A stretch of DNA of 64,000 nucleotides. Origin: a virus. A model generated the notes under the pieces. That model was given only the letters and a program-made list of their open reading frames with translations. It was not told where the DNA came from and did not search any database. The translations under genes and the position numbers were made by a program. Where the stretch lies: the IMG/VR virus record IMGVR_UViG_3300031787_000044, positions 25,573-89,572 of that record; one strand, 5' to 3'. Positions within the stretch are counted from its first letter, which is position 1. Each line of letters begins with the position of its first letter. This document shows, one piece after another, positions 1-9,870 of this stretch.

Positions 1-1623
1 AGAGACACCAGATACATTCTAGAGGGTGTAGGGAACGATCTCGTACTAGGAACAAACTATTGGGCGGTTGTAAATGGAATTTCTTATAGAAGAGCAAGTT
101 CTAGCATTGTAATTAGCAGCCAGCTCACAGAAACATCTGGAGCAATATCTTTTCTAAAATCTTCGGTTCAGAACCTTCTCGAGGATGCAACTAGCGTTTC
201 TAGAACAAACGCTGCTTTTGATGAAATTATAGATATCCTGACGAATGGAACCGGAAACGCGAATGCTCTTACATTCACGAATACCGGAGTCACAAACCAC
301 GCAATAGCCAGAGATCTGTTGGTAGCTAATAAAACTAAAATACAAAACGATCTGATTACTTGGATAAACACAAATTATCCTTCTCTTGTGTATAACCAAA
401 CGACTTGCAGAAGAGACACCGGGTACGTAATAGACGCGTTAACACACGATTTAAACTATAACACAAACACTGCTACTATACTCAATGCTGAGGCTTATTT
501 TGTTGGTACATCAAGCCAACTTCCTTTAAACCAAAGAGAACCAACCGCCGCGGCATGGAACAGACTTGGTGAGATATGCTCATCAATAATGTTGGGTACG
601 TATACAGGACAGAGCACGGCCCCAGGTATTGCTTCTCAGAACGAAGCAAACAGATGTATAGAACTAGCTAATATCTTAAGAAATGTTATAAAGTATAACT
701 CTCTTACTTATTTACCAGCTGCTGAGGAACCGGATCTGTCTTGGGTAAATAATACTTTCTCCAACAGCCGAGAAATAATAAACGATAATATCACAAATCT
801 GCAGAAAACCACGATCGCATATGTAAATTCTGAGTATGACTTTATCGATGAAAATCTTACAAGAAGAGACGCTCTGAACTTCTTACGTTCCATCACTAAT
901 GACTTTAGAGAAGGAACACAAACAGGTACTCGCATCTTTACAGCTGGGCTCTTTAATTATAGAGGAAGACATGTTTTCTCTGTATTTAATCCAACTACCA
1001 TTGGATTGAACTACATTGGAAGTGTGGCCGGGCCAAATACAACGAATTTACCGGCCGGATCTACAGTCGAGATTAATGACGCATATATCGTATATTCTAG
1101 CATAGCAAATATATACGATGGAACCATTTACTATTGGAACGGTTCTGCTTGGACTTCTGATGGTGCAAATGATATATCTCTCTTAAACGCTTTCACAAAT
1201 TCGTGGGATCGTATGAGAGATACTATTAAGAGCCAGTTCTCTCTAACTGCTGGCGAAGAAGCGATGCTTGACGGTCTTATCGATGATGTTCTAATAGCAA
1301 GTGTAAGAAATCCTCTTATCATTAACTTTGGAAGCTTAGTAGAAAGTCTATCTCACCAGTTTAACCTTGCTAGCGCTGGTGTTAACGTAAACGCGCTTCC
1401 TCTAAACTTTAGAAGACTAGGACAGCCGATATCTGCTGCTGCGTCCGTTCTCCAAGAAGACGGAGGACGAGTAAGATGGTCCGGCGCGGACGAGTTGAAC
1501 AACCAGTATTTTGCAAGAGGTCTTAGAATCAACGGTAGAACCGGAAGAATCGAAGGTCGCCCATTTACATCTTCAGTTAGGAAATTAGCTCGCAGAGCCG
1601 CAAATAGTAGGACATCAACATGA
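1..1623 (+). CDS. Large virion structural protein, 5'-truncated by the window edge (fibre module 1 base protein)
   Basis: Frame 1 is open from position 1, so the listed start at 319 is internal. Repeated C/T-RRD-x-YxxD helical motifs; C-terminus (GLRINGRTGRIEGRPF) is paralogous to 21086..22708. Confidence 0.7.
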   Translation, partial: RDTRYILEGVGNDLVLGTNYWAVVNGISYRRASSSIVISSQLTETSGAISFLKSSVQNLLEDATSVSRTNAAFDEIIDILTNGTGNANALTFTNTGVTNHAIARDLLVANKTKIQNDLITWINTNYPSLVYNQTTCRRDTGYVIDALTHDLNYNTNTATILNAEAYFVGTSSQLPLNQREPTAAAWNRLGEICSSIMLGTYTGQSTAPGIASQNEANRCIELANILRNVIKYNSLTYLPAAEEPDLSWVNNTFSNSREIINDNITNLQKTTIAYVNSEYDFIDENLTRRDALNFLRSITNDFREGTQTGTRIFTAGLFNYRGRHVFSVFNPTTIGLNYIGSVAGPNTTNLPAGSTVEINDAYIVYSSIANIYDGTIYYWNGSAWTSDGANDISLLNAFTNSWDRMRDTIKSQFSLTAGEEAMLDGLIDDVLIASVRNPLIINFGSLVESLSHQFNLASAGVNVNALPLNFRRLGQPISAAASVLQEDGGRVRWSGADELNNQYFARGLRINGRTGRIEGRPFTSSVRKLARRAANSRTST

Positions 1624-2042
1624 CAACTATCATATCAACAAGTCAAGCGCCTGACGCAAAACCAATAGGTCTTAGTGTTGCGTTGACAACGAACTGGCAA
1701 CCAATTATAGAAGTTCCTAGTTATGAAATACCAGAACTTGTCTTTGGAGGCAGCACGGTAGTAGTTCCAGGTGTTGCCGAGATCATAACTCCACTTCTTA
1801 TTGCAAACAGAGACATACAGACTGTAGACGTAAGTGTAAGGATATATCGCGCAAGTTCAAACACTACGTTCTGGCTAGCGAATGAAATTCCGGTGCCTAA
1901 ATTCGATGTCATTGCGTATCCTATGAATGGTCAGTTCATATATACTGGCGATATACTCGAAGTAAAAGCCACGACCAACAATACAGTCGATGTGACTATA
2001 TCATATACGTTGGGTCAGGCGGAGGAAGACGATGTCTCTTAA
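1620..2042 (+). CDS. Small structural/adaptor protein, paralog of 22712..23176
   Basis: Overlaps the upstream stop; IIEVPSYEIP...IITPLLIANRD aligns with [10 protein letters not shown]...[11 protein letters not shown]. Confidence 0.6.
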   Translation: MTTIISTSQAPDAKPIGLSVALTTNWQPIIEVPSYEIPELVFGGSTVVVPGVAEIITPLLIANRDIQTVDVSVRIYRASSNTTFWLANEIPVPKFDVIAYPMNGQFIYTGDILEVKATTNNTVDVTISYTLGQAEEDDVS

Positions 2043-4731
2043 AAGTATACGCGGAGCACAATTAACTCCGACTCGTTTATTTGACACTCCAGTCCCTATC
2101 ACACTGGATCCAGTTGCGTTCCAGTTTACGGTAGTATATGGGCAGGATGGAAATCTTTATACTTCTGATGGAATTACCTGGAACATAGCTACAGCCACGC
2201 AAGGTATTCAGGGTATTCAGGGTAGCCAAGGTGTTCAGGGTAACTATGGCCCATCTCTCGTTGTGATTGGGACGATCGCTACTGTAGGTGCAACACCTCA
2301 GACCGCGCTAAATGCTGCGTTTCCAGGAGCTGCAGTCGGTGAAGGTGTTATTGATGAAACTACTCAAGATTTTTGGGTATACAACGGTACAAATTGGATT
2401 AATGCAGGCCCAATCGCTGGTGTTCAAGGTGTTCAAGGTGTTCAGGGTGTTCAGGGTACGCAGGGAACGCAAGGCCGCCAAGGTATTCAGGGTATTCAAG
2501 GTACAGTTGGGCAGGGTACACAGGGTTTCCAAGGTATTCAGGGAAATCAAGGCGTTCAGGGTATTCAAGGTACTGCTATCCAAGGTATTCAGGGTATCCA
2601 AGGTATTCAGGGTAGCCAAGGTGTTCAAGGTATCCAAGGTATAGATGGAACTCTTGGCGCAAAAGGCGATCAGGGTATTCAAGGTATTACAGGATCACAA
2701 GGTATCCAAGGTAGCCAAGGCATTCAAGGTATTCAGGGTACTTCTATCCAAGGTATTCAGGGTATTCAAGGTAACCAAGGCGTTCAGGGCATTCAGGGTA
2801 CTGCCATCCAAGGTATTCAGGGTATCCAAGGTATTCAGGGTATCACTGGCGAACAAGGTATTCAGGGTGCGATGGCTGCTCGCGCATCTGTCGAAATTAG
2901 CGCTACTCCACCGTCTAGCCCAGGAATTGGTGACCTTTGGTGGGATCCGGAAAGCGGTGAACTCTATGTTTATTACGATGACGGCGATACTATTCAATGG
3001 GTAGAATCTACAAGCGTATTTGGCGTCCAAGGTAGTCAAGGTGTTCAGGGTATTCAGGGTACTGCCATCCAAGGTATTCAGGGTATAGCTGGAACTGGAT
3101 CGCAGGGCGTTCAAGGTAACGCAGGTTCTCAGGGTGTTCAGGGTATTACTGGAGCGCAGGGTATCCAAGGTATTACCGGATCGCAAGGTGTTCAGGGTAT
3201 CTCTGGATCGCAAGGTATCCAAGGTATCCAGGGTATTGAAGGAGAAGGTGTTCAGGGTATCCAAGGCATCGCTGGATCTCAAGGTGTTCAAGGTATTACT
3301 GGAGCACAGGGTATCCAAGGTATTGAAGGAGAAGGTGTTCAGGGTATCCAAGGCATCGCTGGATCACAAGGTGTTCAGGGTATCACTGGAGAAGGTACAC
3401 AAGGTTCTCAAGGTATCACTGGATCGCAAGGTGTTCAGGGTATCTCTGGATCGCAAGGTATCCAAGGTATTGAAGGAGAAGGTGTTCAAGGTATTCAGGG
3501 TATCGTTGGCGAACAAGGTGTTCAGGGTATCACTGGAGCAGGTACACAAGGTTCTCAAGGTATCACTGGATCGCAAGGTGTTCAAGGTATTCAGGGTATC
3601 GTTGGCGAACAAGGCGTTCAGGGTACTGGTGGCGCCGGTGAACAGGGCGTACAAGGTATTACCGGATCGCAAGGCATACAAGGTATCACTGGAGATCAAG
3701 GTGTTCAAGGTACAGGTGGCGCCGGCGAACAAGGCGTTCAAGGTATCACTGGCGAACAGGGTATCCAAGGTATTACTGGCGAACAGGGTGTTCAGGGTAT
3801 AACTGGATCTCAAGGCGTTCAAGGTATTACTGGAGAACAGGGTATCCAAGGTATCGCTGGAACTGGTTCTCAAGGTGTTCAGGGTATATCTGGTGAACAG
3901 GGAATACAGGGTATCACTGGTGAACAGGGCATCCAAGGTATCACTGGAGCACAAGGTGTTCAGGGTATCCAAGGTATCACTGGTGAACAGGGAATACAGG
4001 GTATCACTGGAGATCAAGGTGTTCAAGGTACTGGGGGTGCTGGAGAGCAAGGTGTCCAAGGTATCACTGGATCTCAAGGCATTCAGGGTATTACTGGCGC
4101 AGGATCACAAGGTGTTCAGGGTATCACTGGTGAACAAGGCATTCAGGGTATCACTGGTGAACAAGGTGTTCAGGGTATCACTGGTGAACAAGGCGTACAG
4201 GGTATCACCGGATCTCAAGGTACGCAAGGAACCGGAGCTCAAGGTATTCAGGGTATCACAGGCTCTCAAGGAGTTCAGGGTATTCAAGGCCCGGAGTCTG
4301 CTTCTGCTTCAGCAACAGATCTTCAAGCAACAAATGATACTTCGACGAACGCAAGCTTCTATCCTGTGTTTGTAGCTAACGTTGGCTCCGTTCAGACTGT
4401 TAATGCGGCCGATAGTAAGTTATATTTCAATCCAAGCACTGGAACACTCAACGCGACAAACTTTAACTCTCTTTCTGATATTGCGCATAAGAAGAATCTC
4501 AACCCAATTTCTGAAAGCCTGGACATCTTAAGTAAGATAAACACGTACGAATTTAATTGGAAGAGCAACGATATAAAGAGTTACGGTGTAATCGCTCAAG
4601 AGTTTGAAAAGATTATGCCTGAACTCGTAGAAACAAATGGAAATGGAGATAAGACGGTGGCTTATATACCGCTCATTGCTATCATGATTGATGCAATAAA
4701 GAAATTAGGAGAGAGAAATGGCAGCATTTGA
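2032..4731 (+). CDS. Collagen-like (Gly-X-Gln) fibre with C-terminal S74 intramolecular chaperone
   Basis: Long G-X-Y tracts (GIQ/GVQ/GIT); C-terminal NSLSD...KKNL...YGVIAQE...PELV typical of peptidase S74. Confidence 0.85.
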   Translation: MSLKSIRGAQLTPTRLFDTPVPITLDPVAFQFTVVYGQDGNLYTSDGITWNIATATQGIQGIQGSQGVQGNYGPSLVVIGTIATVGATPQTALNAAFPGAAVGEGVIDETTQDFWVYNGTNWINAGPIAGVQGVQGVQGVQGTQGTQGRQGIQGIQGTVGQGTQGFQGIQGNQGVQGIQGTAIQGIQGIQGIQGSQGVQGIQGIDGTLGAKGDQGIQGITGSQGIQGSQGIQGIQGTSIQGIQGIQGNQGVQGIQGTAIQGIQGIQGIQGITGEQGIQGAMAARASVEISATPPSSPGIGDLWWDPESGELYVYYDDGDTIQWVESTSVFGVQGSQGVQGIQGTAIQGIQGIAGTGSQGVQGNAGSQGVQGITGAQGIQGITGSQGVQGISGSQGIQGIQGIEGEGVQGIQGIAGSQGVQGITGAQGIQGIEGEGVQGIQGIAGSQGVQGITGEGTQGSQGITGSQGVQGISGSQGIQGIEGEGVQGIQGIVGEQGVQGITGAGTQGSQGITGSQGVQGIQGIVGEQGVQGTGGAGEQGVQGITGSQGIQGITGDQGVQGTGGAGEQGVQGITGEQGIQGITGEQGVQGITGSQGVQGITGEQGIQGIAGTGSQGVQGISGEQGIQGITGEQGIQGITGAQGVQGIQGITGEQGIQGITGDQGVQGTGGAGEQGVQGITGSQGIQGITGAGSQGVQGITGEQGIQGITGEQGVQGITGEQGVQGITGSQGTQGTGAQGIQGITGSQGVQGIQGPESASASATDLQATNDTSTNASFYPVFVANVGSVQTVNAADSKLYFNPSTGTLNATNFNSLSDIAHKKNLNPISESLDILSKINTYEFNWKSNDIKSYGVIAQEFEKIMPELVETNGNGDKTVAYIPLIAIMIDAIKKLGERNGSI

Positions 4732-5554
4732 TTTTCCTACGTCTCCAACGAACGGCCAGCTCTATGCTTTAAACGGTAGAACCTATCAATACAACGCAGC
4801 TAAGCAAAGATGGGATGGTTTTACAGTAAATGGCGCGCAAGGTATCCAAGGTATCACTGGTGAGCAAGGCATCCAAGGCATTTCCGGAAATCAGGGCGTC
4901 CAAGGTATTCAGGGTACCGGGGGTGCAGGTGAACAGGGTGTTCAAGGCATTACTGGATCTCAAGGTATCCAAGGTATCGCCGGTTCTATAGCTTCGCAAG
5001 GCGTGCAAGGCATTCAGGGTATCGAAGGCGCGGGCGGGCAGGGTGTTCAAGGTACTACTGGATCTCAAGGTATCCAAGGCATCGCGGGTGCCGTAGCTTC
5101 ACAGGGTGTACAAGGTATTCAAGGAACCAGTGGGGCAGGATCTCAAGGCGTTCAGGGTATTACCGGATCTCAAGGTACGCAAGGAACCGGAGCTCAAGGT
5201 ATTCAGGGTATCACCGGATCTCAAGGTATAACTGGTGTATCCGGTGCAAACACGGTTCCTGCTGCAGGAACCAAGACGTCTTCTTACACATTAGCAGCTG
5301 GAGATGTAGGAGATTTTGTTGCTATAGGATCCGGCGGTAGCATCGTAATACCAAGCGGTGTGTTTTCAACTGGCGATATAATTTCAATTTTCAATAATAC
5401 TTCATCAAATGCGACAATTACTTCTTCTGCAGTAACTTCATATATTTCTGGTGCTGACACTGACGTTTCTAGTATCACCTTGTTTACAAGAGGTCTCTGC
5501 ACGATCTTGTTCGTAGGTACAAACATCTGTGTAGTCTCTGGTGCAGTTTCGTAA
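4718..5554 (+). CDS. Short collagen-like fibre protein
   Basis: N-terminal FDFPTSPTNGQ...YQYN...W motif, G-X-Q tract, and a C-terminal beta domain (SSYTLAAGDVG). Confidence 0.75.
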   Translation: MAAFDFPTSPTNGQLYALNGRTYQYNAAKQRWDGFTVNGAQGIQGITGEQGIQGISGNQGVQGIQGTGGAGEQGVQGITGSQGIQGIAGSIASQGVQGIQGIEGAGGQGVQGTTGSQGIQGIAGAVASQGVQGIQGTSGAGSQGVQGITGSQGTQGTGAQGIQGITGSQGITGVSGANTVPAAGTKTSSYTLAAGDVGDFVAIGSGGSIVIPSGVFSTGDIISIFNNTSSNATITSSAVTSYISGADTDVSSITLFTRGLCTILFVGTNICVVSGAVS

Positions 5555-7572
5555 TGTCAATTGGAAATCTAAATATGCTCTTGGGAACGACTGCTTATCT
5601 TAGTAGTTATAGTATTAGTTCCTCGGCCGCTTCTATCAATGAAGGAAATACCGTCACTGTTACCGTAAGCGCAAGGGTCCCGGATAGTACTACTGTAGGA
5701 TATACGGTCACTGGAGTAAATGCAGAAGATCTATCACGGAGTACAACAGGTACATTTACGCTTACAAGTAATCAAGGCATATTAGATTTCCCAACACTAA
5801 TAAACGACGATATGGAAATATTCCTAGCCGTTGAGCCACTCAGTGGTTCTAATCTTAGTGTTGTTAAGTATAGAACAACGGCAGATCTGCAAAGCCCAGT
5901 ACTTGAAGGGCAATACTTTTACCCGGTCGGTAGCAGTCAAAGAGCTAGTTCGATATTTTTTAAACCAGACGGTGAAAAATTTTGGTTACTAGACAATAAT
6001 AATGATGAAATTGCTGAGTTCAGTATGACACCCGAACCAAGCGTGGATCAATGGGATCTCAGCACGGTTGTTGCTGGACCAGTTGATCCCTACAGTACAC
6101 TTGGAACGAATCACCAAGGTCTTTGGATTTCGAGTAGCGGTACACAACTATTTCAAACTGATCGTGCTTTAAGCAGAATAATACAAGATACAATAACTGC
6201 GTGGAATCCAACCTTTTCACTTGGCCCACAGAGTCCAGAGAGAACCTTGGACATATCGGCAACCGCAAGCCTTCCTACTGGAATACACGTAAAACCGGAT
6301 GGAACGAAGGCATTCGTAGCAGACGTATCAAATCCGACACTAGGTTCTCCTGGTGCAATTTTAGCATACTCTGGTACTGCGTTTCAGTGTAACACTTGGA
6401 CATTTTCTACATCGTTAGCAGTAGGTTATTTTCCGCTTGATGTGCGCGTGAATGATACTGGTACTAAAATGTACACGGTTGGAGACAATAGAATAATATA
6501 TTACTATACGTTAAGTACTCCTTGGGACTTAAGCACGGCGACGTTAGTATCGTCTCTAAATCTATCCGCATCGTATAGTCTAATTCAAGGAATTTATATT
6601 GCAAATCCTGCATCAGAAACATTTAGACTTACACTCGACGCAACGGACAGTATAGGTAATCAAACCGGATCGAAGTTCGTAGATGTAGTCATAAATGATT
6701 ATGTTACGCCAGGATTTCAACTTTTTTCTACTCCTGGTACCACAACATTTACTGTCCCTAATGACGTTACTAGTGTAAACGTGGTTGCTATCGGTGGGGG
6801 CGGTGGCGGACAGATTAGCCGAGGAACATCTGGTGGTGGTGAAGTACCTGCTAGCGGCGGCGGCGGGGGCGGTCTCGGCTGGAAAAACAATATTGCTGTT
6901 ACACCTGGAAGTACTTATACAGTCCTCGTTGGGCAAGGTGGTGCTGGGGCCACTATAGTTGGAGACCAGCTTTCGACTACCGTAAACGGTAGTCCTGGAT
7001 TTGATAGTTATTTTATAAGCTCCGGCACGGTTAAGGGTGGATTCGGTGGCGGCGGCGATTCTGATGGAGGATCTGCCGGGACGTTTACTGGCGATGGGGG
7101 CGGGAATGGCGGTGTAGGGCAGACTCGATCTTCTGGTTATGATGGCGGGGGCGGCGGCGGGGCGGGCGGTTATTCTGGAAACGGCGGCGGCGCAACTAGC
7201 GGTCAAGGAAATAATCCAGCAACAAATTCTGGAGGAGGGGGTGCCGGTGCGAGTAGAGAATATAGCCCAGACATTTCCGGCGGATTTATTTCGGAAGGCG
7301 GTGACGGCGGCGGAGTAGGTGCTCACGGTAAGGGCTCTGACGGAGTAGGAGGCGGGGCGACACAGATTAGTGGAGGTACAACAGCTCCTAGCGGAACTGC
7401 CGGCAGTTTTGGTTCTAGTCAAACTTATGGGGGCGGCGGCGGCGGAGCTATGTACGCTTACTTTGACAGTGGTGCTACACGAACTGCTTCTTCAGGAAGC
7501 CCTGGCGCTGTTCTTATAAGATGGGGCACCGGCACGACGTTCCCTGATTATAAAAATCCTGCATCATACTAA
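5554..7572 (+). CDS. Putative tail/fibre-associated protein: Ig-like N-terminus, WDLST repeat region, glycine-rich C-terminal domain
   Basis: SINEGNTVTVTV; repeated WDLST and FFKPDG/VKPDG motifs; FTVPNDVTSVNVVAIGGGGGG glycine-rich phage domain. Confidence 0.6.
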   Translation: MSIGNLNMLLGTTAYLSSYSISSSAASINEGNTVTVTVSARVPDSTTVGYTVTGVNAEDLSRSTTGTFTLTSNQGILDFPTLINDDMEIFLAVEPLSGSNLSVVKYRTTADLQSPVLEGQYFYPVGSSQRASSIFFKPDGEKFWLLDNNNDEIAEFSMTPEPSVDQWDLSTVVAGPVDPYSTLGTNHQGLWISSSGTQLFQTDRALSRIIQDTITAWNPTFSLGPQSPERTLDISATASLPTGIHVKPDGTKAFVADVSNPTLGSPGAILAYSGTAFQCNTWTFSTSLAVGYFPLDVRVNDTGTKMYTVGDNRIIYYYTLSTPWDLSTATLVSSLNLSASYSLIQGIYIANPASETFRLTLDATDSIGNQTGSKFVDVVINDYVTPGFQLFSTPGTTTFTVPNDVTSVNVVAIGGGGGGQISRGTSGGGEVPASGGGGGGLGWKNNIAVTPGSTYTVLVGQGGAGATIVGDQLSTTVNGSPGFDSYFISSGTVKGGFGGGGDSDGGSAGTFTGDGGGNGGVGQTRSSGYDGGGGGGAGGYSGNGGGATSGQGNNPATNSGGGGAGASREYSPDISGGFISEGGDGGGVGAHGKGSDGVGGGATQISGGTTAPSGTAGSFGSSQTYGGGGGGAMYAYFDSGATRTASSGSPGAVLIRWGTGTTFPDYKNPASY

Positions 7573-7598
7573 ATGGATTTAAGTATTCGAGATCAATT

Positions 7599-7606
7599 TA
7601 TAAATA
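7599..7606 (+). promoter_or_regulatory. T4-type late promoter
   Basis: Exact TATAAATA upstream of the propeller cluster. Confidence 0.75.
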
Positions 7607-7634
7607 GTTAAGATACACAAGGGAGATCTTGAGA

Positions 7635-7724
7635 ATGTTGTTTAATACGAACGGATCTGTTAACAAAACGCGCTTGTGTGATCTTACTCAAATAATAGGA
7701 CGCTCTGGCGAGCAACGGGTGTAA
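7635..7724 (+). pseudogene. Internally deleted remnant of a seventh repeat-protein paralog (29 codons)
   Basis: Reads MLFNTNGSVNKTRLCDLTQIIGRSGEQRV*. The start resembles QFNADGTIN of 17379, the end resembles DLTQ...AGQQV*, and the GTGTAAACATGGCA junction matches that at 18351. Confidence 0.6.
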
Positions 7725-7726
7725 AC

Positions 7727-8734
7727 ATGGCATACATAATAAAAGGCACTACTGTTATAAGTGATGCGGGCGCGATTGATTCCGCACAGAGTAAGATAAT
7801 TGCAAACAGTTCGTTGGCGCTCGAAGAAGCTATAGTATATTCACCAGTGCAAGGTAGTACGAGTGGATATACATCAGGTGGAGAAATTGCAAGCCTTAAC
7901 TATGTGAATACTATCGACAAGTTTCCGTTTGCGGCAGACGGAAATGCTACCGATGTTGGTGATCTAACAGCACCAGCTCGTCGAGCAGCAGCAGGTCAAT
8001 CAAGCGCTGAGTCTGGGTATACTTCAGGCGGTCAATCGCCAATACTTAACACAATTGATAAGTTTCCGTTTGCAGCTAATGCTAATGCCACTGACGTCGG
8101 TGATCTTACACAAGCAAGAGCCGCCCCTGCCGGCCAATCTAGTGACGTAAGCGGTTATACATCTGGCGGAGTGACTGGGCCTACTTACGTTAACACTATA
8201 GATAAGTTTCCTTTTGCTGCAAATGCCAACGCAACAGACGTTGGTGATCTTACACAAGAAAGAGTAAACGTTGCCGGCCAATCTAGTGACGTAAGCGGTT
8301 ATACATCTGGGGGATTTAATCTTTCTACTCTTGTTAACACTATATTCAAGTTTCCTTTTGCATCTAACGGTAATGCCACAGACGTTGGTGATCTTACACA
8401 AGCAAGACTAAGCTCTGCCGGCCAATCTAGTGACGTAAGCGGTTATACTTCTGGAGGACTTGACCCAGGAATTACTCCTCCTCCTACTCTTGTTAACACT
8501 ATAGACAAGTTTCCCTTTGCGACAGACGCCAATGCTACTGACGTGGGTGATCTTACACAATCAAGGTTTGGCCCGGCAGGTCAATCAAGTACAGAATCTG
8601 GCTACAATTCAGGCGGGGTCTTGCCTGCGTACGCAAACACTATTGACAAATTTTCATTCGCGGCAAACGCCAATGCTACTGACGTAGGAGACCTTACACA
8701 AGCAAGACTTTACGCAGCAGGTCAACAGGTATAA
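7727..8734 (+). CDS. Six-repeat kelch-like beta-propeller protein, paralog 1
   Basis: Six ~45-50 aa repeats SGYTSGG-(var)-NTIDKFPFA.NANATDVGDLTQAR-(var)-AGQSS; ends AGQQV. Confidence 0.75.
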   Translation: MAYIIKGTTVISDAGAIDSAQSKIIANSSLALEEAIVYSPVQGSTSGYTSGGEIASLNYVNTIDKFPFAADGNATDVGDLTAPARRAAAGQSSAESGYTSGGQSPILNTIDKFPFAANANATDVGDLTQARAAPAGQSSDVSGYTSGGVTGPTYVNTIDKFPFAANANATDVGDLTQERVNVAGQSSDVSGYTSGGFNLSTLVNTIFKFPFASNGNATDVGDLTQARLSSAGQSSDVSGYTSGGLDPGITPPPTLVNTIDKFPFATDANATDVGDLTQSRFGPAGQSSTESGYNSGGVLPAYANTIDKFSFAANANATDVGDLTQARLYAAGQQV

Positions 8735-8737
8735 ATA
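8730..8737 (+). promoter_or_regulatory. Late promoter overlapping a stop codon
   Basis: GTA TAA ATA gives TATAAATA. Confidence 0.65.
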
Positions 8738-8766
8738 AACTAGAGTAGAGTTGGAGAAAGTAAGTC

Positions 8767-9867
8767 ATGGCATTTAAGATAAACGGATCTGATGTTATAG
8801 GTGCTGCTAGATCGTATGCCAGTACCGCAAACGTATCCGTCACAGATTCCATCATCATCGCAAATAACGATTCGTTGGATGCCGTGAGTGGATCGGCTGC
8901 CGGATATACTTTCTCGGATGGTACCGTTGTGATTGGAGAAGACGGTCTAGCGTTAAATGATATTACTCTACGAGATGCTTCGATAGAGGTGACTGGGCCG
9001 CTGTTTCAAGGAACGATAAGCGGATATGCTTCTGGGGGAGGCGACGGTCCCCCGGCGGGTCTCACAATAGAGAAGTTTTCATTTACGTCAGATGGAAATG
9101 CCACAGATGTTGGAGACTTAACTGTCCAAAGAGGATACGCCTCAGGTCAAAGCAGTTCTGTTTCAGGATACACTTCTGGAGGACTCGCCGGCGGTGCTCT
9201 CAATACGATCGACAAGTTTCCATTTGCTTCAAATGCGAATGCCACAGATGTAGGAGACTTAACGCAAGCTAGAAGGAGTATCGGCGGCGGGGGCCAGACT
9301 TCTACTGTAAGCGGTTATACTTCAGGAGGCTTTGTTCCTGCAGCTGTTAATACCATAGATAAATTTCCGTTTGCTGTAAATGCAAACGCCACAGATGTTG
9401 GGGACTTAACTGTAGGAAGGTATAACATTGCAGGACAATCGAGTACTGAATATGGTTATACCGCCGGTGGATCACCTTCGAATATAATTGACAAGTTTCC
9501 ATTCGCTGCCGATGGCAATGCTACAGATGTAGGCGATTTATCAATAGGAAAATTGGGGCCAGCTGGACAGTCTAGCACCGTGTCTGGCTATACTTCCGGA
9601 TCATTCCCAGGTAGCAACGTAATAGATAAATTTCCATTTGCTTCAAATGCTAACGCGACGGACGTGGGTGACCTTAGCCAAGCAAGAGGGTCTAACGCTG
9701 GACAGAGTTCTACTACGAATGGTTATACTTCTGGCGGGACGTACCAGTTCCTGCCTACTGCGGTCAAAAACACAATAGATAAGTTCCCATTTGCGGCGGA
9801 TGCTAACGCTACGGACGTAGGTGATCTTACGGTTACAAGATCCTCCCCGACAGGACAACAGGTATAA
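8767..9867 (+). CDS. Six-repeat kelch-like beta-propeller protein, paralog 2
   Basis: Same six repeats; ~80-aa N-terminal extension; ends TGQQV. Confidence 0.75.
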   Translation: MAFKINGSDVIGAARSYASTANVSVTDSIIIANNDSLDAVSGSAAGYTFSDGTVVIGEDGLALNDITLRDASIEVTGPLFQGTISGYASGGGDGPPAGLTIEKFSFTSDGNATDVGDLTVQRGYASGQSSSVSGYTSGGLAGGALNTIDKFPFASNANATDVGDLTQARRSIGGGGQTSTVSGYTSGGFVPAAVNTIDKFPFAVNANATDVGDLTVGRYNIAGQSSTEYGYTAGGSPSNIIDKFPFAADGNATDVGDLSIGKLGPAGQSSTVSGYTSGSFPGSNVIDKFPFASNANATDVGDLSQARGSNAGQSSTTNGYTSGGTYQFLPTAVKNTIDKFPFAADANATDVGDLTVTRSSPTGQQV

Positions 9868-9870
9868 AAC

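Noticed and set aside
2308-5077. Many alternative-frame and antisense ORFs (TLNTLDT..., KVFKVFRV...) over the collagen genes, also at 23.5-25 kb and 54.6-59.7 kb
   Set aside because: They are shadows of the 9-bp Gly-X-Gln repeat, which lacks stops in several frames.
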